Shown in pieces: positions 30,331-38,996 of a DNA stretch of 64,000 nt; the first letter of the stretch is position 1, and each line of letters begins with the position of its first letter. Both the position numbers and the translations under genes were made by a program. The notes below the pieces were generated by a model. That model saw only the letters and a list, made by a program, of their open reading frames with translations, was not told where the DNA came from and made no database searches. The stretch comes from Minisyncoccota bacterium (GTDB lineage: Bacteria > Patescibacteriota > Minisyncoccia > Phycocordibacterales > UBA9973): positions 4,020 through 68,019 of the forward strand of contig DAOQAL010000001.1 in assembly GCA_035353995.1 (NCBI GenBank), read 5' to 3'.

Positions 30331-30358
30331 AAAAAGGCGATCCATGGACGCCTTTTTT
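30331..30358 (+). terminator. Intrinsic terminator
   Basis: aaaaaggcg-atccatgga-cgccttttt. Confidence 0.8.
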
Positions 30359-30387
30359 ATTTTTTTAAATTTTGTTATATTTAAAGT

Positions 30388-30786
30388 ATGAAAGAAGAAA
30401 ATTGTATTTTTTGTAAAATAATAAAAGGAGAAATTCCAAGTACTAAAATTTATGAAGACGAGAATTTTTTAGCTTTTTTGGATATTAAACCTGTTTCATA
30501 CGGACATACTTTAATTATTCCCAAAAAACATTGTATATGGATGCAAGATGCAGATGATGAAACAGTATCCAATATTTTTGTTTTAGCAAAAAAAATAATG
30601 ATTGCTTTAAAAAAGGGGCTTGCTTGTGACTATGTACAACTTTCAGTTGTAGGAAATGAAGTTCCTCATTTTCATATACACTTAATTCCTCGTTACAATG
30701 GTGATAACTTTAGAAATTTACCTACTATTGAATACAAAGAAGGTTTAATAAAAGAAACTGCAGATAAAATTACTCAAGTGCTTTAA
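30388..30786 (+). CDS. HIT family nucleotide hydrolase
   Basis: CIFCKI, AFLDI.P..GH.L.IPK.H, HFHIHLIPR triad. Confidence 0.96.
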   Translation: MKEENCIFCKIIKGEIPSTKIYEDENFLAFLDIKPVSYGHTLIIPKKHCIWMQDADDETVSNIFVLAKKIMIALKKGLACDYVQLSVVGNEVPHFHIHLIPRYNGDNFRNLPTIEYKEGLIKETADKITQVL

Positions 30787-31825
30787 TGCCAGGCAATGTG
30801 CCGTTGGCAAGATAGTCCAAAGTTGCGCCACCACCAGTTGAAACAAAAGAAAATTTCTTTTCTAATTTTAATTTAGAAATTACAGAAACAATATCTCCGC
30901 CACCTATTATGCTTTCTGCTTTTGAATTAGCAATAGCTTTTAGTATTTTTTTTGTACCAACATCTCCCCCATCTTCATATTTTCCCAAGGGCCCGTTCCA
31001 TAAAATTAATTTTGATTTTTTTATATATTCTTCTACTAATTTTATAGATTCTTTTCCTATATCTAAAATAATTTCATTTTTATCTACTTCTTCTATTTTT
31101 TTATTTACTAAAATATTTCCGCTTTTTACAATAACATCCACTGGCAAAATTAATTTTTTATCTTTCAAGATAGAAGAAATATCATAATCTGAATTATCTA
31201 CTAATGATTTTCCAATTTCATATCCTTTTGCTTTCAAAAAATCATTTAATATTGCACCACCGACAAAAACATAGTCAGCTAATTTAATATATTTTTTTAT
31301 TAAAGGTATTTTAGTAGAAAATTTTGCACCTCCTAAAATAAACAAAAAAGGATGCTTCGAATTTTTAACAACATTGGAAAGATTTTTTACTTCTTCTTCA
31401 AATTGAAAACCGGCATAACTTGGTAAATATTTTGGAATTCCAACAACAGAAGCGTGTTCTCTATGTGAGACAGAAAAAGCTTCATTTACATAGATATCTC
31501 CTGTTTCAGCAAGCTCTTTTGCAAATTTAGGATCATTTTTTTCCTCACCAGGATATTTTCTTATGTTTTCTAATAAAGTTATATTCTTTTTTATATATTT
31601 TTTAAGACAAAGAGCAACTGGTTTCATACTTTCTGTTCCTTCTTTTCCCAAATGAGAAATTAAAATAACTTTTGCTCCTTTTTTTTGCAAAAATTTTATA
31701 GTTGGTAATGCTTTTTTAATTCTAAAATCATCTAAAACTTTCTTATTTTTTATGGGAACATTAAAATCTACTCTAACTAATATTTTTTTGTCTTTTATAT
31801 TTTTTAAATTTTTAATTGATTTCAT
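30770..31825 (-). CDS. pgk: Phosphoglycerate kinase (compact)
   Basis: RVDFNVP, SHLG, LLENIR, GGAK, WNGPLG, GGGD, STGGGA. Confidence 0.96.
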   Translation of the reverse strand: MKSIKNLKNIKDKKILVRVDFNVPIKNKKVLDDFRIKKALPTIKFLQKKGAKVILISHLGKEGTESMKPVALCLKKYIKKNITLLENIRKYPGEEKNDPKFAKELAETGDIYVNEAFSVSHREHASVVGIPKYLPSYAGFQFEEEVKNLSNVVKNSKHPFLFILGGAKFSTKIPLIKKYIKLADYVFVGGAILNDFLKAKGYEIGKSLVDNSDYDISSILKDKKLILPVDVIVKSGNILVNKKIEEVDKNEIILDIGKESIKLVEEYIKKSKLILWNGPLGKYEDGGDVGTKKILKAIANSKAESIIGGGDIVSVISKLKLEKKFSFVSTGGGATLDYLANGTLPGIKALE

Positions 31826-31855
31826 TTTTTTATTTAACAAAAATATTTACAAATT

Positions 31856-32614
31856 TTAAAGAGTATTTTCTGCTATATTCAAAATTTCTAAAAACTTTTC
31901 AGAGTTTAAACTTGCTCCACCAACCAATGTTCCATCTACTCCACCATCTTTTAAGAAACTACAACAATTTTTTACGTCAACTGAGCCACCATAAAGAATT
32001 TTAGGCATCTTTATTTTTGTACCAAATTTATCTATAAGAACTTTTTTTATAAAAACAGTCATCTCGCGAGAATCATCAGGGTTTGAGTCCTTACGATTTT
32101 GTGTGGTTGATAAAGCCCAAACTGGTTCATAAGCAATAATTATTTTTTGAATTAAATCTTTATGTATACCATTTAAAGACTCTTCAATTTGATTTTTTAC
32201 AAAATTAAAATATTCATGATTTTCGTCTCTCTCTGTTTCTCCAACACAAAGTATAGGTTTTATACCAAAAAAAAGAGCTGCTTTTATTTTTTTATTTACA
32301 TCTTTATTACTTTCTCCTAATTTACGTCTTTCTGAATGACCAATAATTACAAATTTAACTCCAATGTTTGAAAGCATTTCTGCAGAGATCTCTCCAGTAA
32401 AAGCTCCTCTTTCTTCATAAAAAAGATTTTGTGCACCAAGTACTATTTTTCTAGAAAACTTTTTTAGTTTACACAAATATAAATATGGCGGGCATATTAC
32501 AATTTCGATTTTTTTAAAATTATTTTTTTTAGAAATTTTAGTAAAAAGACTTTCCGCTTCTTTTAAAGAAGAGGGATTCATTTTCCAATTAGCAACAATA
32601 ATTTTTTTAGACAT
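31856..32614 (-). CDS. tpiA: Triosephosphate isomerase
   Basis: ANWKMN, GHSERR, AYEPVWA, YGGSV, LVGGASL. Confidence 0.98.
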   Translation of the reverse strand: MSKKIIVANWKMNPSSLKEAESLFTKISKKNNFKKIEIVICPPYLYLCKLKKFSRKIVLGAQNLFYEERGAFTGEISAEMLSNIGVKFVIIGHSERRKLGESNKDVNKKIKAALFFGIKPILCVGETERDENHEYFNFVKNQIEESLNGIHKDLIQKIIIAYEPVWALSTTQNRKDSNPDDSREMTVFIKKVLIDKFGTKIKMPKILYGGSVDVKNCCSFLKDGGVDGTLVGGASLNSEKFLEILNIAENTL

Positions 32615-32661
32615 AAGTCTATTATATCATAGAGTAATATATACAAAATTTAATATATATT

Positions 32662-34449
32662 TTATTTTATTTCTTCCCAGTTTTCGATATTCCATCCACC
32701 CTTCGGGCCACTAGTAAAGTTTATATTTGCTAAACCAGAATCATAATCTACAACAGTAGAACCTTCTAAAATCATATTATAAGCTGTGGCTTCTTTTGCT
32801 CTAGCACTACCTGAAAATTTCAAAGTTCCCTTTTGTGCATTTAATACTACAGAACCAGCGTTACCAGAAATATCAATAGCATCCTTAGTACAAAATGAAG
32901 CATCACAGTTACTGGTTGTAACAAATAATATATAACTATCTTCTTCACCCGTTCCATTCAATTGACTGCTACCAGCAAGATTTAACCGACCATCAGAAAC
33001 AATAATTCCACTAGTATTCCCATAAGTTGACGTATCAAGAACAATTCTTGAATTACCTAACACTGAAACATTTCCTTCTACCCAAACTGTTCCAGTAATG
33101 TAAAGTATATGACTTCCACCTACATTTAAATCACCAGTAATTTTTTTAGGACCTAATGTAGATGTTCCATAATCAGGTGTTGTATAACTACCAGTATATG
33201 TACCTCCAATAGTTGCATCATCTTTCCATTGCTCTATATTTGCATCAGAAATAGGCATAGCAATATAAACTGGATCAGTTTGTGGAGTACAAGATTTATT
33301 ATTACCCGTTCCTGTCTGACAATATATAAGACCAGTTGCTTCTGTATAATTTACAGTATGAGCTTGCGCACTTCCAGAACCACCTGTTCCTATACTTAAT
33401 TGATTATACTTACTGCCACTAGTACCAACAATTGACCCTGTGAATCCTCCTAAGAAAATTTTAAAAAAATAATCTAAACCAGAAGGAGAAGTATTATTCC
33501 ATGTACTTCCCAAGCGTCCTATTTTTCCAATTCCATTGCCATATCCACCGTCCGAAGCACCAATTACATAATATTTTGAACTAGAAGTATTTGTATCAAT
33601 AATAATCCAATACGTAGTACCTACATCTAGCGTAGGACCAGTTGCAAAAGATATATCAATCCACCCATAAGAACTTGTTACATTAGAAGCAAGTAGAGTA
33701 CCTTTTGTATATACTGTTGACCCTGGAACACCATTTAAATTATTTACAATTTTTACTGTTGCATCACTAGGACTACCAACTTTTTTTATATAAATTTGTG
33801 CTTTATTTAAAGGTGCAGAATTTTCAACTTGAAAACTCTGTGCTACATCTTGTGTGCTATTCGTATTTGCAAATGAAACATTGTAACCTGGAACACCATC
33901 ACCATTTGCTTGATCTGCATTAAGTGAAGGGCTATTTGCAGAAATTGCAGTTCCAGAAATAAAACTTGAAGTTCCTCCTTTTATTGGACCATTGGCATAT
34001 ACACTACCATTAACACCAGAACTTCCTTGCATTTCTATTCCACCTTGTCCAACTTGAACTCCATAACTAAAAGACACTCCTGACCCCGCAGAAAGAGATA
34101 TATCTACTTTTCTTTGATAATCAGAAAAATCTCCAATAGAAATAATTTCTTTTTTATTACTACCAATAGTAGTTATAGCAGTAGTTGCAGAATTAGAATC
34201 TAATGTAATTGTTTCACTTGATTCAAGTGGTTTATTTGTTAATAAACGATACAAAGCATCTTCTACACCTGACTCAGCTAAAAAATAAGCTTTTTTAGAA
34301 TCTAAATTCTCTGATACAGATTTAACTTCTCTAATTGCAGGAGAAACAAGACCAGATACTATAACTAAAGAAATAAAAAGAAAAAAAACAACAACAATAA
34401 GCATTGCTGCACCTTTTTGTCTTTTATATTTTAATAAATCTTTTTTCAT
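32662..34449 (-). CDS. PilX/PilY-like minor pilin with large beta-rich domain
   Basis: Class III signal KG|AAMLI, AYFLAESGVEDA PilX motif, C-terminal WEE. Confidence 0.8.
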   Translation of the reverse strand: MKKDLLKYKRQKGAAMLIVVVFFLFISLVIVSGLVSPAIREVKSVSENLDSKKAYFLAESGVEDALYRLLTNKPLESSETITLDSNSATTAITTIGSNKKEIISIGDFSDYQRKVDISLSAGSGVSFSYGVQVGQGGIEMQGSSGVNGSVYANGPIKGGTSSFISGTAISANSPSLNADQANGDGVPGYNVSFANTNSTQDVAQSFQVENSAPLNKAQIYIKKVGSPSDATVKIVNNLNGVPGSTVYTKGTLLASNVTSSYGWIDISFATGPTLDVGTTYWIIIDTNTSSSKYYVIGASDGGYGNGIGKIGRLGSTWNNTSPSGLDYFFKIFLGGFTGSIVGTSGSKYNQLSIGTGGSGSAQAHTVNYTEATGLIYCQTGTGNNKSCTPQTDPVYIAMPISDANIEQWKDDATIGGTYTGSYTTPDYGTSTLGPKKITGDLNVGGSHILYITGTVWVEGNVSVLGNSRIVLDTSTYGNTSGIIVSDGRLNLAGSSQLNGTGEEDSYILFVTTSNCDASFCTKDAIDISGNAGSVVLNAQKGTLKFSGSARAKEATAYNMILEGSTVVDYDSGLANINFTSGPKGGWNIENWEEIK

Positions 34450-34459
34450 TTTTAATAAA

Positions 34460-34963
34460 TTAATAATTTCTTCTTAAAACTACTGTATTATAAAAATCAT
34501 AATTACGATTACGATTATCGTTTTTAGACCTAACTGTTAAAACTACTTTGATTGCTTTTCCTTCTGTAGTTGTTATTTGATTAAAGGTTAAATTTTCTAC
34601 AATAATATTTGAATTATTCAAATTGCCAATAAGAGACCCATTTTCAAGCAATGTTATATTTTCACCAGAAAAGGCAAATTCAACTAATTTTTCATTTCCT
34701 GCTTCATCTTTAGTATTAAGTATTAATGTATTTTGATTTTCTAAAGAATTTATTTGATAAGCTTGTTTAATTTCCCTTGAGATTTTTTCCATAATTTCTC
34801 CACTCTGTATAACTTCTCTACCAATTTTTGTTTCTTTAAAAGATTTTGTCATTATTATCATTGCATTTATAACTGTAATTGAAATTACCAACAAAAGAAC
34901 AATATAAAAAACTGTTTCAAGAATAGTGGCTCCTTTTTTTGTTTTTATATTTTTTTTAATCAT
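34460..34963 (-). CDS. Prepilin-type minor pilin (PilW/GspJ-like)
   Basis: KKG|ATILE prepilin N-terminus; ISREIKQA. Confidence 0.85.
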   Translation of the reverse strand: MIKKNIKTKKGATILETVFYIVLLLVISITVINAMIIMTKSFKETKIGREVIQSGEIMEKISREIKQAYQINSLENQNTLILNTKDEAGNEKLVEFAFSGENITLLENGSLIGNLNNSNIIVENLTFNQITTTEGKAIKVVLTVRSKNDNRNRNYDFYNTVVLRRNY

Positions 34964-35475
34964 AGAAATATATTTGAAATATAGAATGACAAACTTTTCG
35001 ACATGTTTTTTGAACCTTCTTGCCAACTAACATTTACTGTAACTAATTTTGTTCCAGGATCATCTGTTCCAGAATCTGATATATCTCCAGTAGCAGAATC
35101 TCTATTCACAGATGATATGGTTATTGTTCTTGTAAAAATTCCAACTTGAGATGGAATAGCTGAAAGAGACCATGCGCTATCTGCATAAACTGGATAATAA
35201 GTTGTAAGATTATCCAAGCTTGAAATATTGTCCCAACTATTATCTCTAATTATTCTTACTACTTCAGCGCCTTCCTCCAATAAGAAACTCGCTTGGGAAA
35301 TATGCACTGATTGATGAGAAACTAAAATTGCTCTACTTGAAACAGCCATAGCAGAAAAAACAGATGCAACGATTATTGAAATCGCTATTAAAATCTCAAT
35401 CATCAAAAAACCATTGTTTCTTTTTATTTTAGCAATACAATTTTTTTTATTTACTTTTTTAAAAAAACTTTTCAT
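34960..35475 (-). CDS. Prepilin-type minor pilin (PilV/GspI-like)
   Basis: NG|FLMIEILIA; A.FL.EEG.E..R; V.VSW. Confidence 0.85.
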   Translation of the reverse strand: MKSFFKKVNKKNCIAKIKRNNGFLMIEILIAISIIVASVFSAMAVSSRAILVSHQSVHISQASFLLEEGAEVVRIIRDNSWDNISSLDNLTTYYPVYADSAWSLSAIPSQVGIFTRTITISSVNRDSATGDISDSGTDDPGTKLVTVNVSWQEGSKNMSKSLSFYISNIFL

Positions 35476-35481
35476 TTTAAA

Positions 35482-35949
35482 TTAATTTGTGCTTACTGAA
35501 CCAGTAGCAGATATCGTAATTATTTTAACTAAAGTAGGATTTGAGGAAATAGAAACAGTAACTGTTCCAGTATTGCTTGGCGTTCCACTTAGTCTATTAA
35601 AATAAAAATCATTTGCACCACCAGAAAGACTTATATCAGAAATTGTCGCTGGATAAATAACATTTATTACTTCATTATTTGCAGAACTGGAATTAAAAAC
35701 CGTACCTTTAAAAATTATAATTTTATCTGAATCAAAATGCACGCCATATTCTGAAGAATTTAAGGAAGCCAAAGTTTGAGACTTTGCTTTACTGGAAGCA
35801 GACACAATATCTTCAGTAGTGTTTTTTAAAACTTGCAATTGTCTCATTTTTGAAAATTGAGGTATTGCAATAGCAGTTAGTATACCAATAATTGCTATAA
35901 CAATTAAAATTTCTATTAACAAAATTCCTTTTTGATAAAAATGTTTCAT
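35482..35949 (-). CDS. Prepilin-type minor pilin (FimT/GspH-like)
   Basis: KG|ILLIEILIVIAIIGIL; F.RLSG. Confidence 0.87.
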   Translation of the reverse strand: MKHFYQKGILLIEILIVIAIIGILTAIAIPQFSKMRQLQVLKNTTEDIVSASSKAKSQTLASLNSSEYGVHFDSDKIIIFKGTVFNSSSANNEVINVIYPATISDISLSGGANDFYFNRLSGTPSNTGTVTVSISSNPTLVKIITISATGSVSTN

Positions 35950-35955
35950 GAATTA

Positions 35956-37170
35956 TTAAATATTGCCCATTACAGAATAAAGTGGAGAAAACATTGAAAC
36001 AGCAAAAAAACCAACAGCACAACCAATGATTATCATAAGTACTGGTTCAATAATAGTTGAAAGATTTTTTGTTTTATTTTCTATTTCCCCCTCGTAGAAA
36101 ACAGCAACTTGAAATAACATATCTGATAATTTTCCAGTTTCTTCTCCAACTTGAATCATTTCTGACATCATAACTGGATAAAGTTTTGGATTAGAAACAA
36201 AAATTTGAGAAAAAGGCAAACCTTTTTGAATTGAATCTCTACCATCTTCTAATGCTTTTTTATAATAAACATTTTGAACAACATCTTCAGCAATTTCAAT
36301 TGCTCTTGTTATAGGAACACCTGACATTAATAAAGAAGAGATAGTTCGAGCAGTGCGAGCTGAATTTAATTGTCTAGACATTTCACCGATAGCTGGAAGT
36401 TTAAGTATAGTAAAATCAATATATTTAGCCATAAATTTTGCTTTAACAAGAAGAACTATTGTCACAACAATAGCAATCAATGAAGACAAAGCAAGTATTA
36501 AATGATTTGAGAAAAAATCACCCAAGGCTATTATAAATTTTGTAGAAGATGGCAATTCCGAGCCAACGTCTTCAAATGTTTTTGCAAGAGTAGGAACAAC
36601 AAAAGCTAGCATCAAAATTCCAATTATAAGCATTGCTGTAAAAATTACACTAGGATAAATCATTGCTCCTTTAACTTTTTTAGTTATTGAATGTGATTTT
36701 TCTAAGTTAGCTCCAACTTCAGATAAAGATCCTGCAAGATTACCAGATTCTTCTCCAGCACGAACCATTGAAACAAAAAGTTTTGAAAAAGTATTTGGAT
36801 ATTTTGCTAAACCAGAAGACAATGTTCCACCAGAATTTATTTCATTTTCTAAACCTGTTAAAATATTATTTAATTTTGTATTCTTAGTTTGTTTTTTTAG
36901 AACAGATACTGCACGTGACAAAGAAAGACCAGCGCTAATCATTCCACTTAAATTTTTTGTGAAAAGAATTTTTTCTTGTACTTTTACTTTGCCAAATAAT
37001 TTCTGAGTCAAACCATTTAAATCCATAAGTCCTCCCTTTTTTTGTGAAACTAAAACTGGAACAAGACCACGAGATCTTAGTTCTCTAGAAAGGGAAAACC
37101 TATCGGCAGACTCCATAGTTCCTTCAATAATTTGTCCGTCCTTATTTTTTGCTTTGTAAAAAAAATTCAT
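35956..37170 (-). CDS. pilC: Type IV pilus platform protein (T2SS F family)
   Basis: AGEESGNL, YP, GEETGKL, IEP motifs in two GspF repeats. Confidence 0.95.
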   Translation of the reverse strand: MNFFYKAKNKDGQIIEGTMESADRFSLSRELRSRGLVPVLVSQKKGGLMDLNGLTQKLFGKVKVQEKILFTKNLSGMISAGLSLSRAVSVLKKQTKNTKLNNILTGLENEINSGGTLSSGLAKYPNTFSKLFVSMVRAGEESGNLAGSLSEVGANLEKSHSITKKVKGAMIYPSVIFTAMLIIGILMLAFVVPTLAKTFEDVGSELPSSTKFIIALGDFFSNHLILALSSLIAIVVTIVLLVKAKFMAKYIDFTILKLPAIGEMSRQLNSARTARTISSLLMSGVPITRAIEIAEDVVQNVYYKKALEDGRDSIQKGLPFSQIFVSNPKLYPVMMSEMIQVGEETGKLSDMLFQVAVFYEGEIENKTKNLSTIIEPVLMIIIGCAVGFFAVSMFSPLYSVMGNI

Positions 37171-37186
37171 AAAATTAAAACAAAAA

Positions 37187-38935
37187 CTATTCGGAAACAA
37201 CTCTTAAAACTTCTTCAAGAGAAGTAAGCCCTTGAACAGCTTTCAAAATTCCATCTTCAAGCATTGTAGACATACCTTCTTTTACTGCTTGAGCTTCTAT
37301 TTGATCTTGAGAACCTCCACTAATAATTAGTTCTTTTATACTTGATGTAACTTTAAGGACTTCATGAATACCAAGTCGTCCTGAATATTCTTCCTCTGAA
37401 CCACTTACCTTACCAGGTTTATAAAATGGAACTTTATCCCAAGAATCTTTTGGGCCAACAATGTTTTCTTTTTTAAGAAACTCTAAAACTCTATCAAGAT
37501 TAATTATTTTTGCTAAATTTTTTAACTCAGGATCAGATAAAAAATATTTTTCTTTATTTCCTGTAAGTCTACGAACCAATCTTTGTGCAATAATAGTTTT
37601 AACAGTAGAAACTAGCAAAAATGGTTCTACTTTCATATCTATCAATCTTGGAATTGCACCTGAAGCAGAATTTGTATGTATTGTTGAAAGAACAAGGTGC
37701 CCAGTAAGTGCCGCGTTTACAGCCAATCCAGCTGTCTCTGTATCACGAATCTCACCAACCATTATTATATCTGGATCTTGTCTAAGCAAGGTTCTAAGAC
37801 CATTAGCAAATGTCATACCAATCTCTGGTCTAACTTGTGTTTGATTTACTCTTTGCATTTGATATTCTATAGGATCTTCAATTGTAGAAATATTTACTTC
37901 TGGTTTATTCAAAATATCAAGCATAGTATAAAGTGTTGTAGTTTTTCCGGATCCAGTTGGACCAGTTGCAAGAACCATTCCAATTTTTTGTTTTAAAGAA
38001 TCGTGAATTTTTTCCAATCCATCACCATGAAAGCCTATTCCCTCTAAAGAAAGTCCGTGTGAATTTTCTTTCAAAATTCTTATAACTGTTTTTTCACCAA
38101 AATAAGTTGGTAATGTAGAAACACGAAAAGAAATTTTTTCTCCATTCTGATCTATTTTAAATCTTCCATCTTGAGGCAATCTTTTTTCATCAAGTTTTAA
38201 ATTTGATAAAACTTTTATACGAGCTGTTATGCCTGGAGCTGCTGTTTTATCCAATGCCATTGCATCATGCAAAATACCATCAATTCTATATCTTACATTT
38301 AGCTCAGTTTCACCAGGTTCAATGTGTATATCCGAAGCATTTTGTAAAATTGCATGAAAAATTAAAGAATCAACAATTTTAATTATTGGCAAATCCTCTG
38401 CCATTTCTTTTAATTCTTCTTCTGACTTTTCTCCTTCATCTTTTGAAATTGTTTTTATTGAAGCAGTTTCTTTCTGTATAATATTTCCAAACTCAGCCTG
38501 TAAACTTTTCCTATACTGAACAAGAGCAGATTTTATTGAAGCCGTATCTGTAAGTCTTGGTAAGATTTTTAATCCTGATCTTTTTTTAACAAAGTCTGTC
38601 ACAGGTATATCATCAACATCAAGCATTGCAACTTCAAGGCTTGTTTCACTTTTTTTATAAGCAATAATATTATGATTTCTAGCAATAGGTTCTGGTATAA
38701 GAGACAATACAGCAATATCAATTTTTTGATCCACTAAACTAACAAATGGTATACCGAGAACAAAAGCTTCTAGTCGTCTGAGATCAGCTTCAGAAATTTT
38801 TCCATCAGAGAGTAAAATGTCACTAAGTTTTTGTTTTTTTTCTTTAGCTTTTTTAACAGCTTCATCAATATCAGAACGAGAAATAAGTTTTGACTCTAAA
38901 ATAAATTTTATTAATTGCCCTTCGTCAATTTGCAT
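37187..38935 (-). CDS. pilB: Type IV pilus assembly ATPase (GspE/PilB)
   Basis: ASDIHIEP, RLPQDGR, GPTGSGKTTT, EDPIE, LRQDPD, TGHLVLST.H; start adjusted to MQIDE. Confidence 0.96.
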   Translation of the reverse strand: MQIDEGQLIKFILESKLISRSDIDEAVKKAKEKKQKLSDILLSDGKISEADLRRLEAFVLGIPFVSLVDQKIDIAVLSLIPEPIARNHNIIAYKKSETSLEVAMLDVDDIPVTDFVKKRSGLKILPRLTDTASIKSALVQYRKSLQAEFGNIIQKETASIKTISKDEGEKSEEELKEMAEDLPIIKIVDSLIFHAILQNASDIHIEPGETELNVRYRIDGILHDAMALDKTAAPGITARIKVLSNLKLDEKRLPQDGRFKIDQNGEKISFRVSTLPTYFGEKTVIRILKENSHGLSLEGIGFHGDGLEKIHDSLKQKIGMVLATGPTGSGKTTTLYTMLDILNKPEVNISTIEDPIEYQMQRVNQTQVRPEIGMTFANGLRTLLRQDPDIIMVGEIRDTETAGLAVNAALTGHLVLSTIHTNSASGAIPRLIDMKVEPFLLVSTVKTIIAQRLVRRLTGNKEKYFLSDPELKNLAKIINLDRVLEFLKKENIVGPKDSWDKVPFYKPGKVSGSEEEYSGRLGIHEVLKVTSSIKELIISGGSQDQIEAQAVKEGMSTMLEDGILKAVQGLTSLEEVLRVVSE

Positions 38936-38947
38936 ATTCTTATTATA

Positions 38948-38980
38948 ACAAAAAATTCCCCTTCTGGGGAATTTTTTGTT
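38948..38980 (-). terminator. Terminator after the large surface protein gene
   Basis: acaaaaaattcccc-ttct-ggggaattttttgt. Confidence 0.8.
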
Positions 38981-38996
38981 ATCTATAAAATAAATT

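Noticed and set aside
30770-31825. pgk as a pseudogene because it is short
   Set aside because: The frame is open and all catalytic motifs are present. The shortening is an internal N-domain deletion consistent with streamlining.
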